Shown one piece after another: positions 1 to 10,803 of a DNA stretch of 53,269 nt. The notes below the pieces were generated by a model, which saw only the letters and a program-made list of their open reading frames with translations, was not told where the DNA came from and did no database searches. Within the stretch, counting starts at the first letter, position 1, and every line of letters starts with the position of its first letter. The position numbers were made by a program, and so were the translations under genes. Source of the DNA: Nanobdellota archaeon (GTDB taxonomy: Archaea; Nanobdellota; Nanobdellia; Woesearchaeales; JACQSR01); NCBI GenBank assembly GCA_042577505.1, contig JBHPEA010000003.1, positions 1 through 53,269 on the forward strand, written 5' to 3'.

Positions 1-364
1 ATTTTTGGCCAAGATTTTCGAAATATTTAGTAAATACAAAAAAAGTGTAGATTTAATCGCTACCACCGAAGTAAGCGTTTCGGTATCAATTGATAATGAC
101 TCCCACATTAAAGATATCGTTAATGAACTTAAACATGTAGGGGAAATTACAATCAATCCTGATAGGGTTTCTATATCCATAATTGGAGATGGACTTAAAT
201 CTACCCAGGGTAGGGCTGGTAAGATTTTTAGTGTGGTAGGAGAACAAGGAGCTAATATAGAGATGATCACCCAGGGCGCCTCAGAAATCAATGCTACATT
301 TGTTATAGAAAAAGACAAATTCGAACCAGTTATAACTGCCCTTCATAAAGAGTTCTTTGAGTAA
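1..364 (+). CDS. lysC: Aspartate kinase, C-terminal ACT domains (5'-partial)
   Basis: Frame open from the window edge. FLAKIFEIF..SVDLIATTEVSVSVSID and SIIG..G..GKIF..NIEMITQGASEIN are typical tandem ACT domains of aspartokinase; asd lies elsewhere in the window. Confidence 0.85.
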   Translation, partial: FLAKIFEIFSKYKKSVDLIATTEVSVSVSIDNDSHIKDIVNELKHVGEITINPDRVSISIIGDGLKSTQGRAGKIFSVVGEQGANIEMITQGASEINATFVIEKDKFEPVITALHKEFFE

Positions 365-388
365 GTTGTTGTTACTATCCATCAATAA

Positions 389-404
389 CGAAAACTATAT
401 AAAG
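389..404 (+). promoter_or_regulatory. Archaeal BRE-TATA promoter (likely leaderless transcript)
   Basis: CGAAAACTATATAAAG ends 22 nt before the ATG at 427; no SD sequence. Confidence 0.65.
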
Positions 405-426
405 TTAAATTCATTATCCCTATACT

Positions 427-1503
427 ATGTACAAACACTTAATTATAATCTGCCTAGTATTCTTATTAGTTCCAGTTGTATTAGCTGATAATGTAGAACT
501 CCAAAATGTTAAAATTTACGTTGATGGAGACAGACAATCAGGATCTGTAGAAATTAGACCTAATTCAAATCTAACGATAGAAATCCAAGTTGAGAGCGAT
601 ATTGAAGACGAAGATACTGAAGTCGAAGAAGTTAATGTTGAGATAATCATAGAGGATCTTGATGATGGAAGGGATATCGATTATGAATTTGAAGAGTTTT
701 CTATGGAACATTCAGAGGAGATCACCCTTAAAAAAAATATTCAGGTTCCCTATATTCTCGATGAAGAAACTTATTTACTTACTGTTAAATTAAAAGCAGA
801 TGATGATGAAGGGAATGACTATAAAGATGAAGATGAATTCGATTTAATAGTGGAAAAGGAACAAAATGAAGTAGTTGTTTCAGATTACTCTTTCTCACCT
901 TCCGACATACAATGTGATCAAGATGTAACCTTAAACCTTGAGATTACCAATATTGGCGAGGAGAAGGAGTATAATGTTATAATTGAATTGGAAAGTAATA
1001 TTCTTGATTTTAATGAAAAAACTAATGATATTGATTTAGATGAAGAGGGGGATGACAGCCAATATGAGAAAGATTATACAATTTCCATCCCTGAAAATAT
1101 CAAAGGCAGCGTTCAAATTAAGGTTAGTCTAACATACGATAATGATGATATAACCGATGAAACCTACATCCCTTTTACCGTACAATGTGAAAGTAAGCAA
1201 GTTGAGAATCCAGAACCTGAGGAAGAACCAGATACACCGGTTACACCTCAAGAACCAAAAGATGAAGAAGAAAATGAAGAGGAAGATCCCATTGTCCCAG
1301 ATACTATAGATGATGATGAAGAAACAGACCCAATTACAATTACAACTGAACCTTCAGTGCTTCCCAACGCGGGTTACATTAGTACAGAAGAAAAATCATT
1401 CCTTGATAACTTCGATGAAACAACAACTTTAATCATACTAGGAGAAATTCTTGTGATTTTTATTATACTTTTTATCATACTACTTATAAGATCTTCTAAA
1501 TAG
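427..1503 (+). CDS. Secreted, C-terminally membrane-anchored acidic surface protein with Ig-like/CARDB-type domains (putative S-layer-associated)
   Basis: Signal peptide MYKHLIIICLVFLLVPVVLA, two beta-rich modules (LEITNIGE..E), a Pro/Glu/Thr linker, and a C-terminal TM helix followed by RSSK. Confidence 0.7.
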   Translation: MYKHLIIICLVFLLVPVVLADNVELQNVKIYVDGDRQSGSVEIRPNSNLTIEIQVESDIEDEDTEVEEVNVEIIIEDLDDGRDIDYEFEEFSMEHSEEITLKKNIQVPYILDEETYLLTVKLKADDDEGNDYKDEDEFDLIVEKEQNEVVVSDYSFSPSDIQCDQDVTLNLEITNIGEEKEYNVIIELESNILDFNEKTNDIDLDEEGDDSQYEKDYTISIPENIKGSVQIKVSLTYDNDDITDETYIPFTVQCESKQVENPEPEEEPDTPVTPQEPKDEEENEEEDPIVPDTIDDDEETDPITITTEPSVLPNAGYISTEEKSFLDNFDETTTLIILGEILVIFIILFIILLIRSSK

Positions 1504-1561
1504 GTAATATTACCACCAAACAGTGATAAGTTTTATAAATAAAAGAACATTCTACCCAAAA

Positions 1562-2332
1562 ATGGTATTAAGTAAGCAACAGTTAACATTACTTAAAGAT
1601 AATTTCAGGTTGAATATTTACGAAATTAAAATCTGGACGTCTTTATTATCAAGGGGGATTTCTTCTGCTGCAGAACTTGCTGATATATCCGGCGTGCCTA
1701 GATCAAGATGTTACGATGTTCTTGAAACTTTAGAAAAGAAAGGTTTTGTTATTATGAAAATTGGAAGACCAATTAAATATATAGCAATACCTCCTAACGA
1801 TGTTTTTAATCGTGTTAAAAAGGAAATTACTAATGAGACAAGTAGAGTAATTGAGACAACAAATGAGCTTAAAAAATCAGAAACATTCAAAGAATTAGAA
1901 TTACTTTACAAAACAGGGATTACACACATAGATCCTCTAAAAATCGCTACATCAATAACAGGTAAGGCAAACATTAACATACAAATTCGAACATTATTTG
2001 AGAAAGCTAAATCAAAAATATCATTACATATTGAAAGCGATTCAATAAAAAGGTCTAACAATTTAAAATCACTAATAAAGAAGACTAAGAAATTGGGTAT
2101 TAAAACCACAGTATACACTAATGATAAAAAAATCAAAGACCAATTTAAAGAGTATTGTTCTGTTATTCTATGTAGAACAAATTTAAGGTTTGTAATTATG
2201 GACCAAAAAGAAGTTCTGTTTTTTACAACAGATCCAATGATCAATCCAACTTATGAAAACGCAGTTTGGATAGACTCTCCTTTCATTGTCAAACAATTTG
2301 ATTCGATAATTCAAAAGAACCTGAAACCGTAA
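1562..2332 (+). CDS. TrmB-family transcriptional regulator
   Basis: LNIYEIKIWTSLLSRGISSAAELADISGVPRSRCYDVLETLEKKGF is the TrmB wHTH, followed by a PLD-like effector domain. Start moved from 1523 to ATG 1562 because TTTTATAAAT lies at 1531-1540. Confidence 0.85.
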   Translation: MVLSKQQLTLLKDNFRLNIYEIKIWTSLLSRGISSAAELADISGVPRSRCYDVLETLEKKGFVIMKIGRPIKYIAIPPNDVFNRVKKEITNETSRVIETTNELKKSETFKELELLYKTGITHIDPLKIATSITGKANINIQIRTLFEKAKSKISLHIESDSIKRSNNLKSLIKKTKKLGIKTTVYTNDKKIKDQFKEYCSVILCRTNLRFVIMDQKEVLFFTTDPMINPTYENAVWIDSPFIVKQFDSIIQKNLKP

Positions 2333-2388
2333 GTTTTATATATGTGCAGCTATTTCAAGAATACAACATAAAAAAGAATTTTTCTAAG

Positions 2389-3030
2389 ATGAGCGATAAA
2401 GAAGTTCTTAAATCCGGTACCACGACGGTAGCCATCGTCTGTAAAGATGGGATTGTATTGTGCGCAGACATGAGAGTGACATCAGGTTACTTAATATCCT
2501 ATAAGAAGTTTGAGAAGATTCTAAAGATCACTGATAATATAGCATTAACACTTGCGGGTACAGTATCTGATGTTCAACTCATTGTTAAGCTTATCAAGGC
2601 TGAACTGAGATTAAAGTCAATCAGAACAAAAAGAGAACCCTACATCAAAGAAGCAGTAAACCTATTATCAAGTATGGTTTACCACAACATCAGGAAAATG
2701 TCATTAATACCTGGTATAAGTCACTTTATTGTAGGGGGTAAAGATCCAACAGGTTATTATGTGTATGATTTAGGAGCTGATGGATCAATAACAAAATGTG
2801 ATGAGTTTTGTTCATCAGGTTCAGGTTCAGTTATGGCATATGGCGTTTTAGAGACTTTATACAAAAAAGACATGACAGTTGAAGAAGGCATTAAATTAGG
2901 TGTAAAATCTATTAATGCAGCTATTCAAAGAGATATTGCATCAGGTGATGGTGTTAATGTAGTAACCATTACTAAAGACGGTGCAAAAACAGTATTAACA
3001 AAAGAAACAACATATAAAGTTGAAGTCTAA
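2389..3030 (+). CDS. psmB: 20S proteasome beta subunit
   Basis: Short propeptide then G|TTTVAI (catalytic Thr1), plus SGSGS and RDIASGDG motifs. Start taken as ATG 2389 rather than GTG 2344. Confidence 0.95.
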   Translation: MSDKEVLKSGTTTVAIVCKDGIVLCADMRVTSGYLISYKKFEKILKITDNIALTLAGTVSDVQLIVKLIKAELRLKSIRTKREPYIKEAVNLLSSMVYHNIRKMSLIPGISHFIVGGKDPTGYYVYDLGADGSITKCDEFCSSGSGSVMAYGVLETLYKKDMTVEEGIKLGVKSINAAIQRDIASGDGVNVVTITKDGAKTVLTKETTYKVEV

Positions 3031-3066
3031 ATCTTCTTTTTAAGAAGATACAAGGCAATTCTTAAA

Positions 3067-4959
3067 ATGAGTGAAATCATTAAAGAGATCTTAAAGGAAC
3101 TTCCATCGGGAAAAATATCTGATGCAGGATTTGAAGGTGCCAATATAGTTCTCTATACAAAAGATCAGGAATTTTTCGTAAATAACGAAGGTTTAATACG
3201 AAAAGTTGTCGATAATTTCAAGAAAAGAGTAGAATTAAGACCAGATCCATCTATAACAATGGATCTAGAACAAGCAGAAAAAGAAATCCGAAAGATTATT
3301 CCAGAAGAAGCAGTTGTTGACCAAGTTATCTTTGATCCTCAACGTTCTCAGGTTATTATTGAAGCAGAGAAACCTGGCTTAGCCATAGGGAAACAAGGAG
3401 CAGTTCTTAGAGATATCCGAGCAAAGACCTTTTGGGTACCTTTGATTAGAAGAAAACCTGCAATAAGGTCAAAAATAATCGAGAACATTAGAGCAGTACT
3501 ATACCAAAACTCAGATTATCGAAGAAAATTTCTTGATAAAACAGGTCACAGAATATATGATGGTTGGGTAAGGGAAAAAAAGAACGAATGGATAAGAGTA
3601 AGTTATCTTGGTGGTGGACGCCAGGTAGGTAGGAGTTGTATACTTCTTCAAACACCAGAATCTAGAGTTTTAATCGATTGTGGAGTAAACGTTGCATCAA
3701 TAGATAATGCCTACCCATATCTAGAAGCACCTGAGTTTGATATCAAACAATTAGATGCAGTAATCATTAGTCATGCACATCTCGATCATTGTGGTTTTAT
3801 TCCGTATCTATTCAAATACGGTTTTGAAGGCCCTGTTTATTGTACACCACCTACAAGGGATCTATCAGCATTAATGCTCCTTGACTACGTTAAAATCATG
3901 AGATCTGAAGGAAAGGAACCCATTTTTACATCTGATGAAATCAGAGAAATGGTCAAACACACAATAACTTTAGATTATGAAGAAGTAACAGACATTACCC
4001 CAGATATTAGAATTACATTTTACAATGCAGGTCATGTATTAGGAAGTTCTATGGTCCATCTCCATATTGGTAATGGATTGCATAATCTAGTTTATACAGG
4101 TGACCAAAAATATGGTAAAACAAGATTATTAGACCAGGCCATAACTTCTTTCCCACGACTTGAAACATTAATGATCGAATCGACCTATGGTGGAAAAGAT
4201 AATAACCTACCAGAGAGAGAAGAGTGCGAAAAACAATTTGGAGAAATTATTTCTGCAGCAATTGAAAGAAAGGGTAAAGTTCTCATCCCTGTATTAGGAG
4301 TAGGTAGAGCACAAGAAGCATTAGTGCTTGTTGAGAGTCTTATTAAGACTAAGAAAATACCTGACATTCCTGTCTTCATAGACGGTTTAATATGGGACAT
4401 CACCGCAATACACACCGCATATCCTGAGTACTTAAATTCCTCAGTTAGAAAGCAAATATTCCATAAAGATGAAAACCCATTCTTATCAGATGTCTTCAAA
4501 AGGGTTGGATCTCAAAAAGAAAGAAAGGAAATTATTGAAGATTTGGGACCATGTGTGATACTAGCAACATCTGGTATGTTGTGTGGTGGACCATCAGTTG
4601 AATATCTCAAAGAACTTTCCGATAACAAGAAAAATCAATTGCTTTTTGTTTCATATCAAGGAGAGGGTTCTCTTGGTAGAAGAATTCAAAGAGGAGAAAG
4701 GGAATTCCAAATGGGTGTACCCGGGAAAGTAGAAGTTTTAAGAATAAATCTTCAAGTAGACACAATCGAAGGATTTAGTGGTCATTCAAGTAGACCCCAA
4801 CTTATGAACTTTATTGGACATTGCGAACCAAAACCAAAAAAGATAATTGTTAATCATGGCGAATCTTCTCGATGTCTTGACTTAGCAAGCTCAGCTCATA
4901 AAAAATACCGCCTTGAAACTCTTGCTCCTAGAAATCTTGAAACTGTTAGAATTCGCTAA
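3067..4959 (+). CDS. fttA: aCPSF1/FttA KH-domain beta-CASP ribonuclease (transcription termination factor)
   Basis: N-terminal KH domains (KPGLAIGKQG), HAHLDH metallo-beta-lactamase motif, AGHVLGS, FSGH, NHGE; conserved adjacency to psmB. Confidence 0.95.
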   Translation: MSEIIKEILKELPSGKISDAGFEGANIVLYTKDQEFFVNNEGLIRKVVDNFKKRVELRPDPSITMDLEQAEKEIRKIIPEEAVVDQVIFDPQRSQVIIEAEKPGLAIGKQGAVLRDIRAKTFWVPLIRRKPAIRSKIIENIRAVLYQNSDYRRKFLDKTGHRIYDGWVREKKNEWIRVSYLGGGRQVGRSCILLQTPESRVLIDCGVNVASIDNAYPYLEAPEFDIKQLDAVIISHAHLDHCGFIPYLFKYGFEGPVYCTPPTRDLSALMLLDYVKIMRSEGKEPIFTSDEIREMVKHTITLDYEEVTDITPDIRITFYNAGHVLGSSMVHLHIGNGLHNLVYTGDQKYGKTRLLDQAITSFPRLETLMIESTYGGKDNNLPEREECEKQFGEIISAAIERKGKVLIPVLGVGRAQEALVLVESLIKTKKIPDIPVFIDGLIWDITAIHTAYPEYLNSSVRKQIFHKDENPFLSDVFKRVGSQKERKEIIEDLGPCVILATSGMLCGGPSVEYLKELSDNKKNQLLFVSYQGEGSLGRRIQRGEREFQMGVPGKVEVLRINLQVDTIEGFSGHSSRPQLMNFIGHCEPKPKKIIVNHGESSRCLDLASSAHKKYRLETLAPRNLETVRIR

Positions 4960-5925
4960 TCATTTAATTAAATTTATTGCGTAAGCTGCACCAACAATTC
5001 CAACATTCTTTTCGATAATTATTTGTATTTGAATATTATCTAAAACCTCTTTTAATGATGGATTATCAATGAATTCTTTTTTGAATTTACCGGAAAATGC
5101 TCCCACATTACCAATTGCAATCCCTCCAGCAATGTATAACCCCCCATAAGGTAACGTCTCTAATGCAAAATTCCTAGCAGCTCGAGCATAAAATTTTATG
5201 AAAATATCCAAAGCCTCTTTACTACATTTATTCTTTCTTCTAGAATTTGAGATCTCTTTTGAATTTTGATTGGGAGCATTATGATACTTGTGGTGTTTTA
5301 AATATTTATAGATATTCTCTATCCCTCTTCCTGATACAACATCCTCGTAATATAAAACTCTATTTGTGTTATTTACTTTTTGAATAAATTTTGCTAAATG
5401 GAACTCACTTGCATAAAACAAAGGTAAATCTGCATGACCTCCTTCTGAAGGGTGGGGGATGTAGCATTTATTTTTTTTATTAAAAGTTAAAAAAGATTTA
5501 CCTAATCCTGTACCGGCACCAATTATAGATTTATTTCCAAATTTCTCTTCATTACCTCTCTTAATTATCCTAATTTGATTTTTCTTCAATACATTAATAG
5601 CATACCCCACTGCTTCAAAATCATTAATTAAAATAACTTTTTTCAAACCAAATCTTTTTTTAATTAGATTAACATCAATTATCCAATTAGTATTGCTCAT
5701 ATGAACTCTAGATCCTTCTATAGGTCCAGCAACAGCAAAACATCCTTTCTCAACTTTATATCCTCTTCTTTTTGATTCTTGTAAAAATATTTTTAGGTGA
5801 CTGTTGAATGATCCTATAGATAATATCTTCTTGTTAAACAAAATTTTTGCTTTTTTTGAATCTATCTTAATTATCCCAAAATTAGTGTGAGTGCCACCCA
5901 CGTCAACTCCCAAAACTATAGCCAT
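4960..5925 (-). CDS. glk: Glucokinase, bacterial Glk type (non-ROK)
   Basis: DVGGTH, AVAGP, LINDFEA, GAGTGLG, SEGGH and GGLYIAGGI motifs; no ROK cysteine cluster. Confidence 0.88.
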   Translation of the reverse strand: MAIVLGVDVGGTHTNFGIIKIDSKKAKILFNKKILSIGSFNSHLKIFLQESKRRGYKVEKGCFAVAGPIEGSRVHMSNTNWIIDVNLIKKRFGLKKVILINDFEAVGYAINVLKKNQIRIIKRGNEEKFGNKSIIGAGTGLGKSFLTFNKKNKCYIPHPSEGGHADLPLFYASEFHLAKFIQKVNNTNRVLYYEDVVSGRGIENIYKYLKHHKYHNAPNQNSKEISNSRRKNKCSKEALDIFIKFYARAARNFALETLPYGGLYIAGGIAIGNVGAFSGKFKKEFIDNPSLKEVLDNIQIQIIIEKNVGIVGAAYAINLIK

Positions 5926-6007
5926 ACACCCAAATTCAATTTAATATTATTAAAGATTTTGTTTGCTAGCCAAAATGTTTATTAATAATAGCCGTTAATC
6001 TCATCTT

Positions 6008-6886
6008 ATGACCTTAGAAGATTATAAGAAAGCTGGAAAAATTGCAAGAGAAGCTTTAGAATATGGAAAATCATTAATTAAGAAAGATTCTAAAATAGTT
6101 GACGTTTGTGATCAAGTTGAGAAGAAGATATTTGATCTTGGTGGAAATCTAGCTTTTCCTACACAAATATCTTGTAATGAAATTGCCGCTCACTTCTGTC
6201 CATTAGAAGATGACAAAAAAGTTTTTTCTAACCAATTAGTTAATCTCGATGTTGGCGTTCACGTCAATGGATATATTGGAGACAATGCATGTTCAGTTGA
6301 TTTGGGCGGATCCCATACAGAATTTATAAATGCTGCAGAAGATGCGTTAAAAGCTGCAACAGAAGTTCTAAAAGTTGGAGTAACCTTAAGTGAGATCGGT
6401 AGAGAGATTGAAAATTCAATAAAGAATTATGGACTAAATCCAGTAAAAAATCTTTCTGGGCATGGATTAGACCAATTTAATATTCATTCAATTCCACAAA
6501 TTCCAAATTATGATACAGGAGACAATACCAAACTCGAGAAAGGAATGTTCATTGCTGTCGAACCTTTTGCTACCGATGGTTCTGGTATGGTTCATGATAA
6601 AGGAGAACCTACGTTATTCTCCCAAACAGGATCAAAACCGGTTAGAGTGGAATTTGTTAGAAACATCCAAAAAGAGATAGAATCTTACCAAGGATTACCT
6701 TTCACAACTCGGTGGTTGAACAGGAAATTTACACCAACAAAAACTTCTTTCGCTTTAAAACAATTCAAACAATTAGATATTGTCCATGAATACCCTCCAC
6801 TTGTTGAACGAAGTAATGGGTGGGTTAGTCAAGCCGAAAACTCTTTCTACATAGATGATGAAATTATTTGCCTAACTAAGTTGTAG
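6008..6886 (+). CDS. map: Methionine aminopeptidase type II
   Basis: AFP..IS.NEIAAH, DVGVHVNGYIGD, NLSGH, AVEPFAT, plus the type II insert and VSQAE. Confidence 0.95.
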   Translation: MTLEDYKKAGKIAREALEYGKSLIKKDSKIVDVCDQVEKKIFDLGGNLAFPTQISCNEIAAHFCPLEDDKKVFSNQLVNLDVGVHVNGYIGDNACSVDLGGSHTEFINAAEDALKAATEVLKVGVTLSEIGREIENSIKNYGLNPVKNLSGHGLDQFNIHSIPQIPNYDTGDNTKLEKGMFIAVEPFATDGSGMVHDKGEPTLFSQTGSKPVRVEFVRNIQKEIESYQGLPFTTRWLNRKFTPTKTSFALKQFKQLDIVHEYPPLVERSNGWVSQAENSFYIDDEIICLTKL

Positions 6887-6924
6887 AAACCTTTAAAAAC
6901 AAGCCATCTTCACCGAGAAGTAAA

Positions 6925-9099
6925 ATGGCAGAAAAAATGGTTGATAGGGTAATGGGCATTATGAGTGAGCCTATTCAGATTCGAAATATCGCAATTTGTG
7001 CGCATATTGATCACGGTAAAACAACATTCTCAGATAATCTTCTTGCAGGAGCTGGTATGATGTCCAAAGAAGATGCAGGTAAAGCACTGAAACTTGATTT
7101 TCACGAAGATGAGCAAGAAAGAGGAATCACAATTGATACTGCAGCAGTATCTATGGTTCACACTACAGAAGGTAAAGAATTCTTAATTAATTTATTAGAT
7201 ACACCAGGTCACGTTGATTTTGGTGGTGACGTTACCAGAGCTATGAGGGCTGTTGATGGAGCTATCGTATTAGTAGACGCGGTTGAAAGTATCATGCCTC
7301 AGACTGAGACTGTACTAAGACAAGCTCTTAGAGAATATGTTAAACCAGTTCTATTCATCAACAAGGTTGACAGATTAATTAAAGAGCTTCAACTAACACC
7401 TGAACAAATGCAGGAAAGATTTGTAAAAATTATTGCTGCAGTTAACAAATTCATTTCTCAAATTGCACCAAAAGATTACAAAGAGAAATGGCAAGTTAAT
7501 GTTCAAGATGGTTCTGTAGCATTTGGATCTGCATTCCACAATTGGGCTCTTTCATTAAATTACATGCAGAAAAATGGAATTACTTTCAAAGATATCATCG
7601 AAGCTTACGATGGTACAGATAAATATAAAGAATTAGCAGCTAAAGCACCCTTACACGAAGTTGTTCTTGACATGGTTGTAAATCATCTTCCAAATCCGGT
7701 TGTTGCACAAGAATATAGAATCCCTCACATTTGGAGGGGAGATTTGGAAAGCGAAGATGGACAATCCCTTATAAAATGTGATCCAAATGGAAAACTTTTC
7801 TTTGTTATTACTAAAATTGTCATAGATCCACAAGCAGGAGAAATCTCCGCTGGAAGGCTTTTCTCAGGGACTATGGTTAAAGGATCTAATTGTCATCTAA
7901 ATTTAACTAAACTACCTTCTAGAATCCAGCAAGTTTTCATATACAATGGAGCAAAAAAAGAAATTGTCGATAATGTTCCATGTGGTAATTTTATTGGTGT
8001 AGCAGGTATCAGGGGTTTCTCAGGAGAAACAATCACTGCTGAACCTTCAGAACCTTTTGAAAAAATCAAACACATTTTCGATCCAGTTGTTACAAAAGCA
8101 ATTGAAGCTAAAAAACCAGCTGATCTACCAAAATTAATCGAAGTTTTAAGACAAGTTGGTAAAGAAGATCCTACTGTTCAAGTTGAAATCAATGAAGAAA
8201 CAGGAGAGCACCTCCTTCATGGTATGGGAGAACTTCACTTAGAAGTTATTGAGAACAGAATCAAAACAGAAAAAGGAGTTGAAGTATCAACATCCCCCCC
8301 TATTGTCGTTTACCGTGAATCTGTTCTAAAGAAAGGTCAAGAAGCAATGGGAAAATCACCTAACAAACACAACCATTTCTTTTTCACAGTTGAAGTACTT
8401 GAACCAGAAATTCAACAAGCGATCAAGGATGGAAAAATTCCAGAGGGTCGTGTAAAGAAGAAAGACTCAATATTACGAGATGCACTAGTTGAAGCTGGTA
8501 TGGACTCAAAAGAAGCAGTAAAGGTGAAGGATGTCTATAAGGGTAATATGTTTATTGATGCCACTCGTGGTCAAGTCCATCTAGGTGAAGTTATTGAGAT
8601 GATATTAGACATGTTTGAAGATGTTATGAACCAAGGACCACTTGCTAAAGAACCTTGTTTCAATATTAAAGTCATTCTTAATGATATGAAGTTGCACGAA
8701 GATGCGATACACAGAGGTCCTGCTCAAGCATACCCTGCTATTAGGGAAGGTATCAGAGCATCTTTTATGACGGCTGGTCCTGTAATGTTTGAACCATTAC
8801 AAATTCAATTGATAGAAGCTCCTGCGGAGTTTATGGGAGAACTTTCTAAATTAATTAGCAACAAAAGAGGTCAACTATTAGATATGCAACAAGAAGGCGC
8901 TTTAGTTACTATAAAAGCTAAAATGCCCGTTGGAGAGATGTTCGGTTGGTCTTCGGATTTAAGATCTGCTACAGGAGGAAGAGGTAACTCTTCATTAATT
9001 GATCAGATGTTTGAAAGACTTCCGGGAGAACTACAAGAACGTGTTCTTAAAGTTATTAGGGAAAGAAAAGGTTTGACTGACTCTATGATTGGAGCATAA
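6925..9099 (+). CDS. fusA: Translation elongation factor aEF-2
   Basis: AHIDHGKTT, RGITI, DTPGHVDF, NKVD; diphthamide loop LHEDAIHRGPAQ is intact. Confidence 0.98.
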   Translation: MAEKMVDRVMGIMSEPIQIRNIAICAHIDHGKTTFSDNLLAGAGMMSKEDAGKALKLDFHEDEQERGITIDTAAVSMVHTTEGKEFLINLLDTPGHVDFGGDVTRAMRAVDGAIVLVDAVESIMPQTETVLRQALREYVKPVLFINKVDRLIKELQLTPEQMQERFVKIIAAVNKFISQIAPKDYKEKWQVNVQDGSVAFGSAFHNWALSLNYMQKNGITFKDIIEAYDGTDKYKELAAKAPLHEVVLDMVVNHLPNPVVAQEYRIPHIWRGDLESEDGQSLIKCDPNGKLFFVITKIVIDPQAGEISAGRLFSGTMVKGSNCHLNLTKLPSRIQQVFIYNGAKKEIVDNVPCGNFIGVAGIRGFSGETITAEPSEPFEKIKHIFDPVVTKAIEAKKPADLPKLIEVLRQVGKEDPTVQVEINEETGEHLLHGMGELHLEVIENRIKTEKGVEVSTSPPIVVYRESVLKKGQEAMGKSPNKHNHFFFTVEVLEPEIQQAIKDGKIPEGRVKKKDSILRDALVEAGMDSKEAVKVKDVYKGNMFIDATRGQVHLGEVIEMILDMFEDVMNQGPLAKEPCFNIKVILNDMKLHEDAIHRGPAQAYPAIREGIRASFMTAGPVMFEPLQIQLIEAPAEFMGELSKLISNKRGQLLDMQQEGALVTIKAKMPVGEMFGWSSDLRSATGGRGNSSLIDQMFERLPGELQERVLKVIRERKGLTDSMIGA

Positions 9100-9160
9100 C
9101 ATTTATAAAGGACCTAAAATTCCTTAGAGGATTACTGAAATTTATTAAAGGAGGAAAAAA

Positions 9161-10441
9161 ATGGCAAAGGAGAAACCACACATTAACCTTGTATTTATCG
9201 GTCACGTAGACCACGGAAAATCAACTACAGTAGGTAGATTACTATTTGATTCTGGTAATATCGACGAGCAAGCTCTTAAGAAGTTAAAGGATAAAGCTGA
9301 AGAACTTGGAAAAGGTGGATTCGAGTTCGCTTTTGTTATGGATAACTTAAAAGAAGAAAGAGAACGTGGAGTTACAATCGACTTAGCTCACAAGAAATTT
9401 GACACTGAAAAATATTACTTCACAATAATTGATGCACCTGGCCACAAGGATTTTATTAAAAACATGATTACAGGAGCATCTCAAGCAGACGCTGGTGTTT
9501 TAGTAGTTGCTGCAAATGATGGAGTTATGGCTCAAACAAAAGAGCACGTATTCCTTGCAAGAACACTTGGTGTAAATCAACTTATTGTTGCTGTTAACAA
9601 GATGGATATGAAAGACTATGATGAAGGTGTTTTTAACAAAGTTAAAGCTGATGTTGAAGCTCTTCTTAAAACAGTTGGATATGATCCAGCAAAAGTACCT
9701 TTCGTTCCAATCGCAAGTCTTCCAGGAGACAATGTTGCTAAGAAAACAGATAAAATGGGTTTTGCTAAAGAGACTTTACTTGATGCAATTAACAACATTA
9801 GTCCTCCTGAAAAACCAACCAACCTTCCTATGAGGGTTCCAATTCAAGACGTTTACAACATTACAGGAATTGGAGTCGTGCCAGTTGGGAGAGTTGAGAC
9901 TGGTATTTTGAAAGTTAATGATAAAGTAGTTATAGTACCTGGAAGAGAAGGTAAAGGAGTTCCAGGAGAAGTTAAGACCATTGAAATGCATCACGAACAA
10001 ATGCAGCAAGCTGAACCAGGAGACAATGTTGGTTTATCAGTTAGAGGCATTGGAAAGAAAGATATTACTCGTGGTGACGTAATGGGTCACGCAGATAACA
10101 TTCCAACGGTTGCGTCAGAATTCACCGCACAAATAGTTGTTTTAAACCATCCGACTGTTGTTACAGTGGGTTACACACCAGTGTTCCACATACATACAGC
10201 GCAAGTTGCATGTACAATAACAGCAATTGAGAAGAAACTAAACCCTGCAACTGGTGAAGTACTAGCAGAAAATCCAGACTTCATTAAAAACGGGGATGCA
10301 GCGATCATTAAGGTTAAACCAACAACACCTTTAGTTATTGAAAAGCAGAAAGAAATTCCTCAGCTAGCAAGGTTTGCTATCAGGGATTCTGGAGCTACAG
10401 TAGCTGCAGGTATGTGTATCGACCTAGTCAAAAAGGCTTAA
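9161..10441 (+). CDS. tuf: Translation elongation factor aEF-1alpha
   Basis: [24 protein letters not shown]; strong SD GGAGG upstream. Confidence 0.98.
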   Translation: MAKEKPHINLVFIGHVDHGKSTTVGRLLFDSGNIDEQALKKLKDKAEELGKGGFEFAFVMDNLKEERERGVTIDLAHKKFDTEKYYFTIIDAPGHKDFIKNMITGASQADAGVLVVAANDGVMAQTKEHVFLARTLGVNQLIVAVNKMDMKDYDEGVFNKVKADVEALLKTVGYDPAKVPFVPIASLPGDNVAKKTDKMGFAKETLLDAINNISPPEKPTNLPMRVPIQDVYNITGIGVVPVGRVETGILKVNDKVVIVPGREGKGVPGEVKTIEMHHEQMQQAEPGDNVGLSVRGIGKKDITRGDVMGHADNIPTVASEFTAQIVVLNHPTVVTVGYTPVFHIHTAQVACTITAIEKKLNPATGEVLAENPDFIKNGDAAIIKVKPTTPLVIEKQKEIPQLARFAIRDSGATVAAGMCIDLVKKA

Positions 10442-10487
10442 TCCCTTTATTGGGATCATGGTGAACTGACCTTTATCATGAGGAACT

Positions 10488-10796
10488 ATGCAAAAAGCAA
10501 GAATAAAAATTGCCAGTACAGATATTAGCAAAATCAATGAGGTCTGCTCTTACATAAATGATATTGCAACGAAAACTGGTGTAAATTTGCGTGGTCCGAT
10601 ACCTCTTCCTACTAAAAGATTAAAACTAACTACAAGAAAGACTCCTTGTGGTGACGGTAAGGCTTCTTGGGAACGTTATGAAATGAGAATTCATAAGCGT
10701 GTTATTGATCTAGGTCTTGATGAGAGAGCTCTTAGACTTGTAATGAGAGTGCCAATCCCAGATGGATTGAATATTGAAATAGAAATGATCGAGTGA
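10488..10796 (+). CDS. rpsJ: 30S ribosomal protein S10 (uS10)
   Basis: GPIPLPTK, RKTPCGDG..WERYEMRIHKR; canonical position after tuf. Confidence 0.98.
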   Translation: MQKARIKIASTDISKINEVCSYINDIATKTGVNLRGPIPLPTKRLKLTTRKTPCGDGKASWERYEMRIHKRVIDLGLDERALRLVMRVPIPDGLNIEIEMIE

Positions 10797-10803
10797 TTTC
10801 TAA

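Noticed and set aside
8690-8730. Possible diphthamide-less EF-2 variant
   Set aside because: The loop LHEDAIHRGPAQ has the canonical target His.
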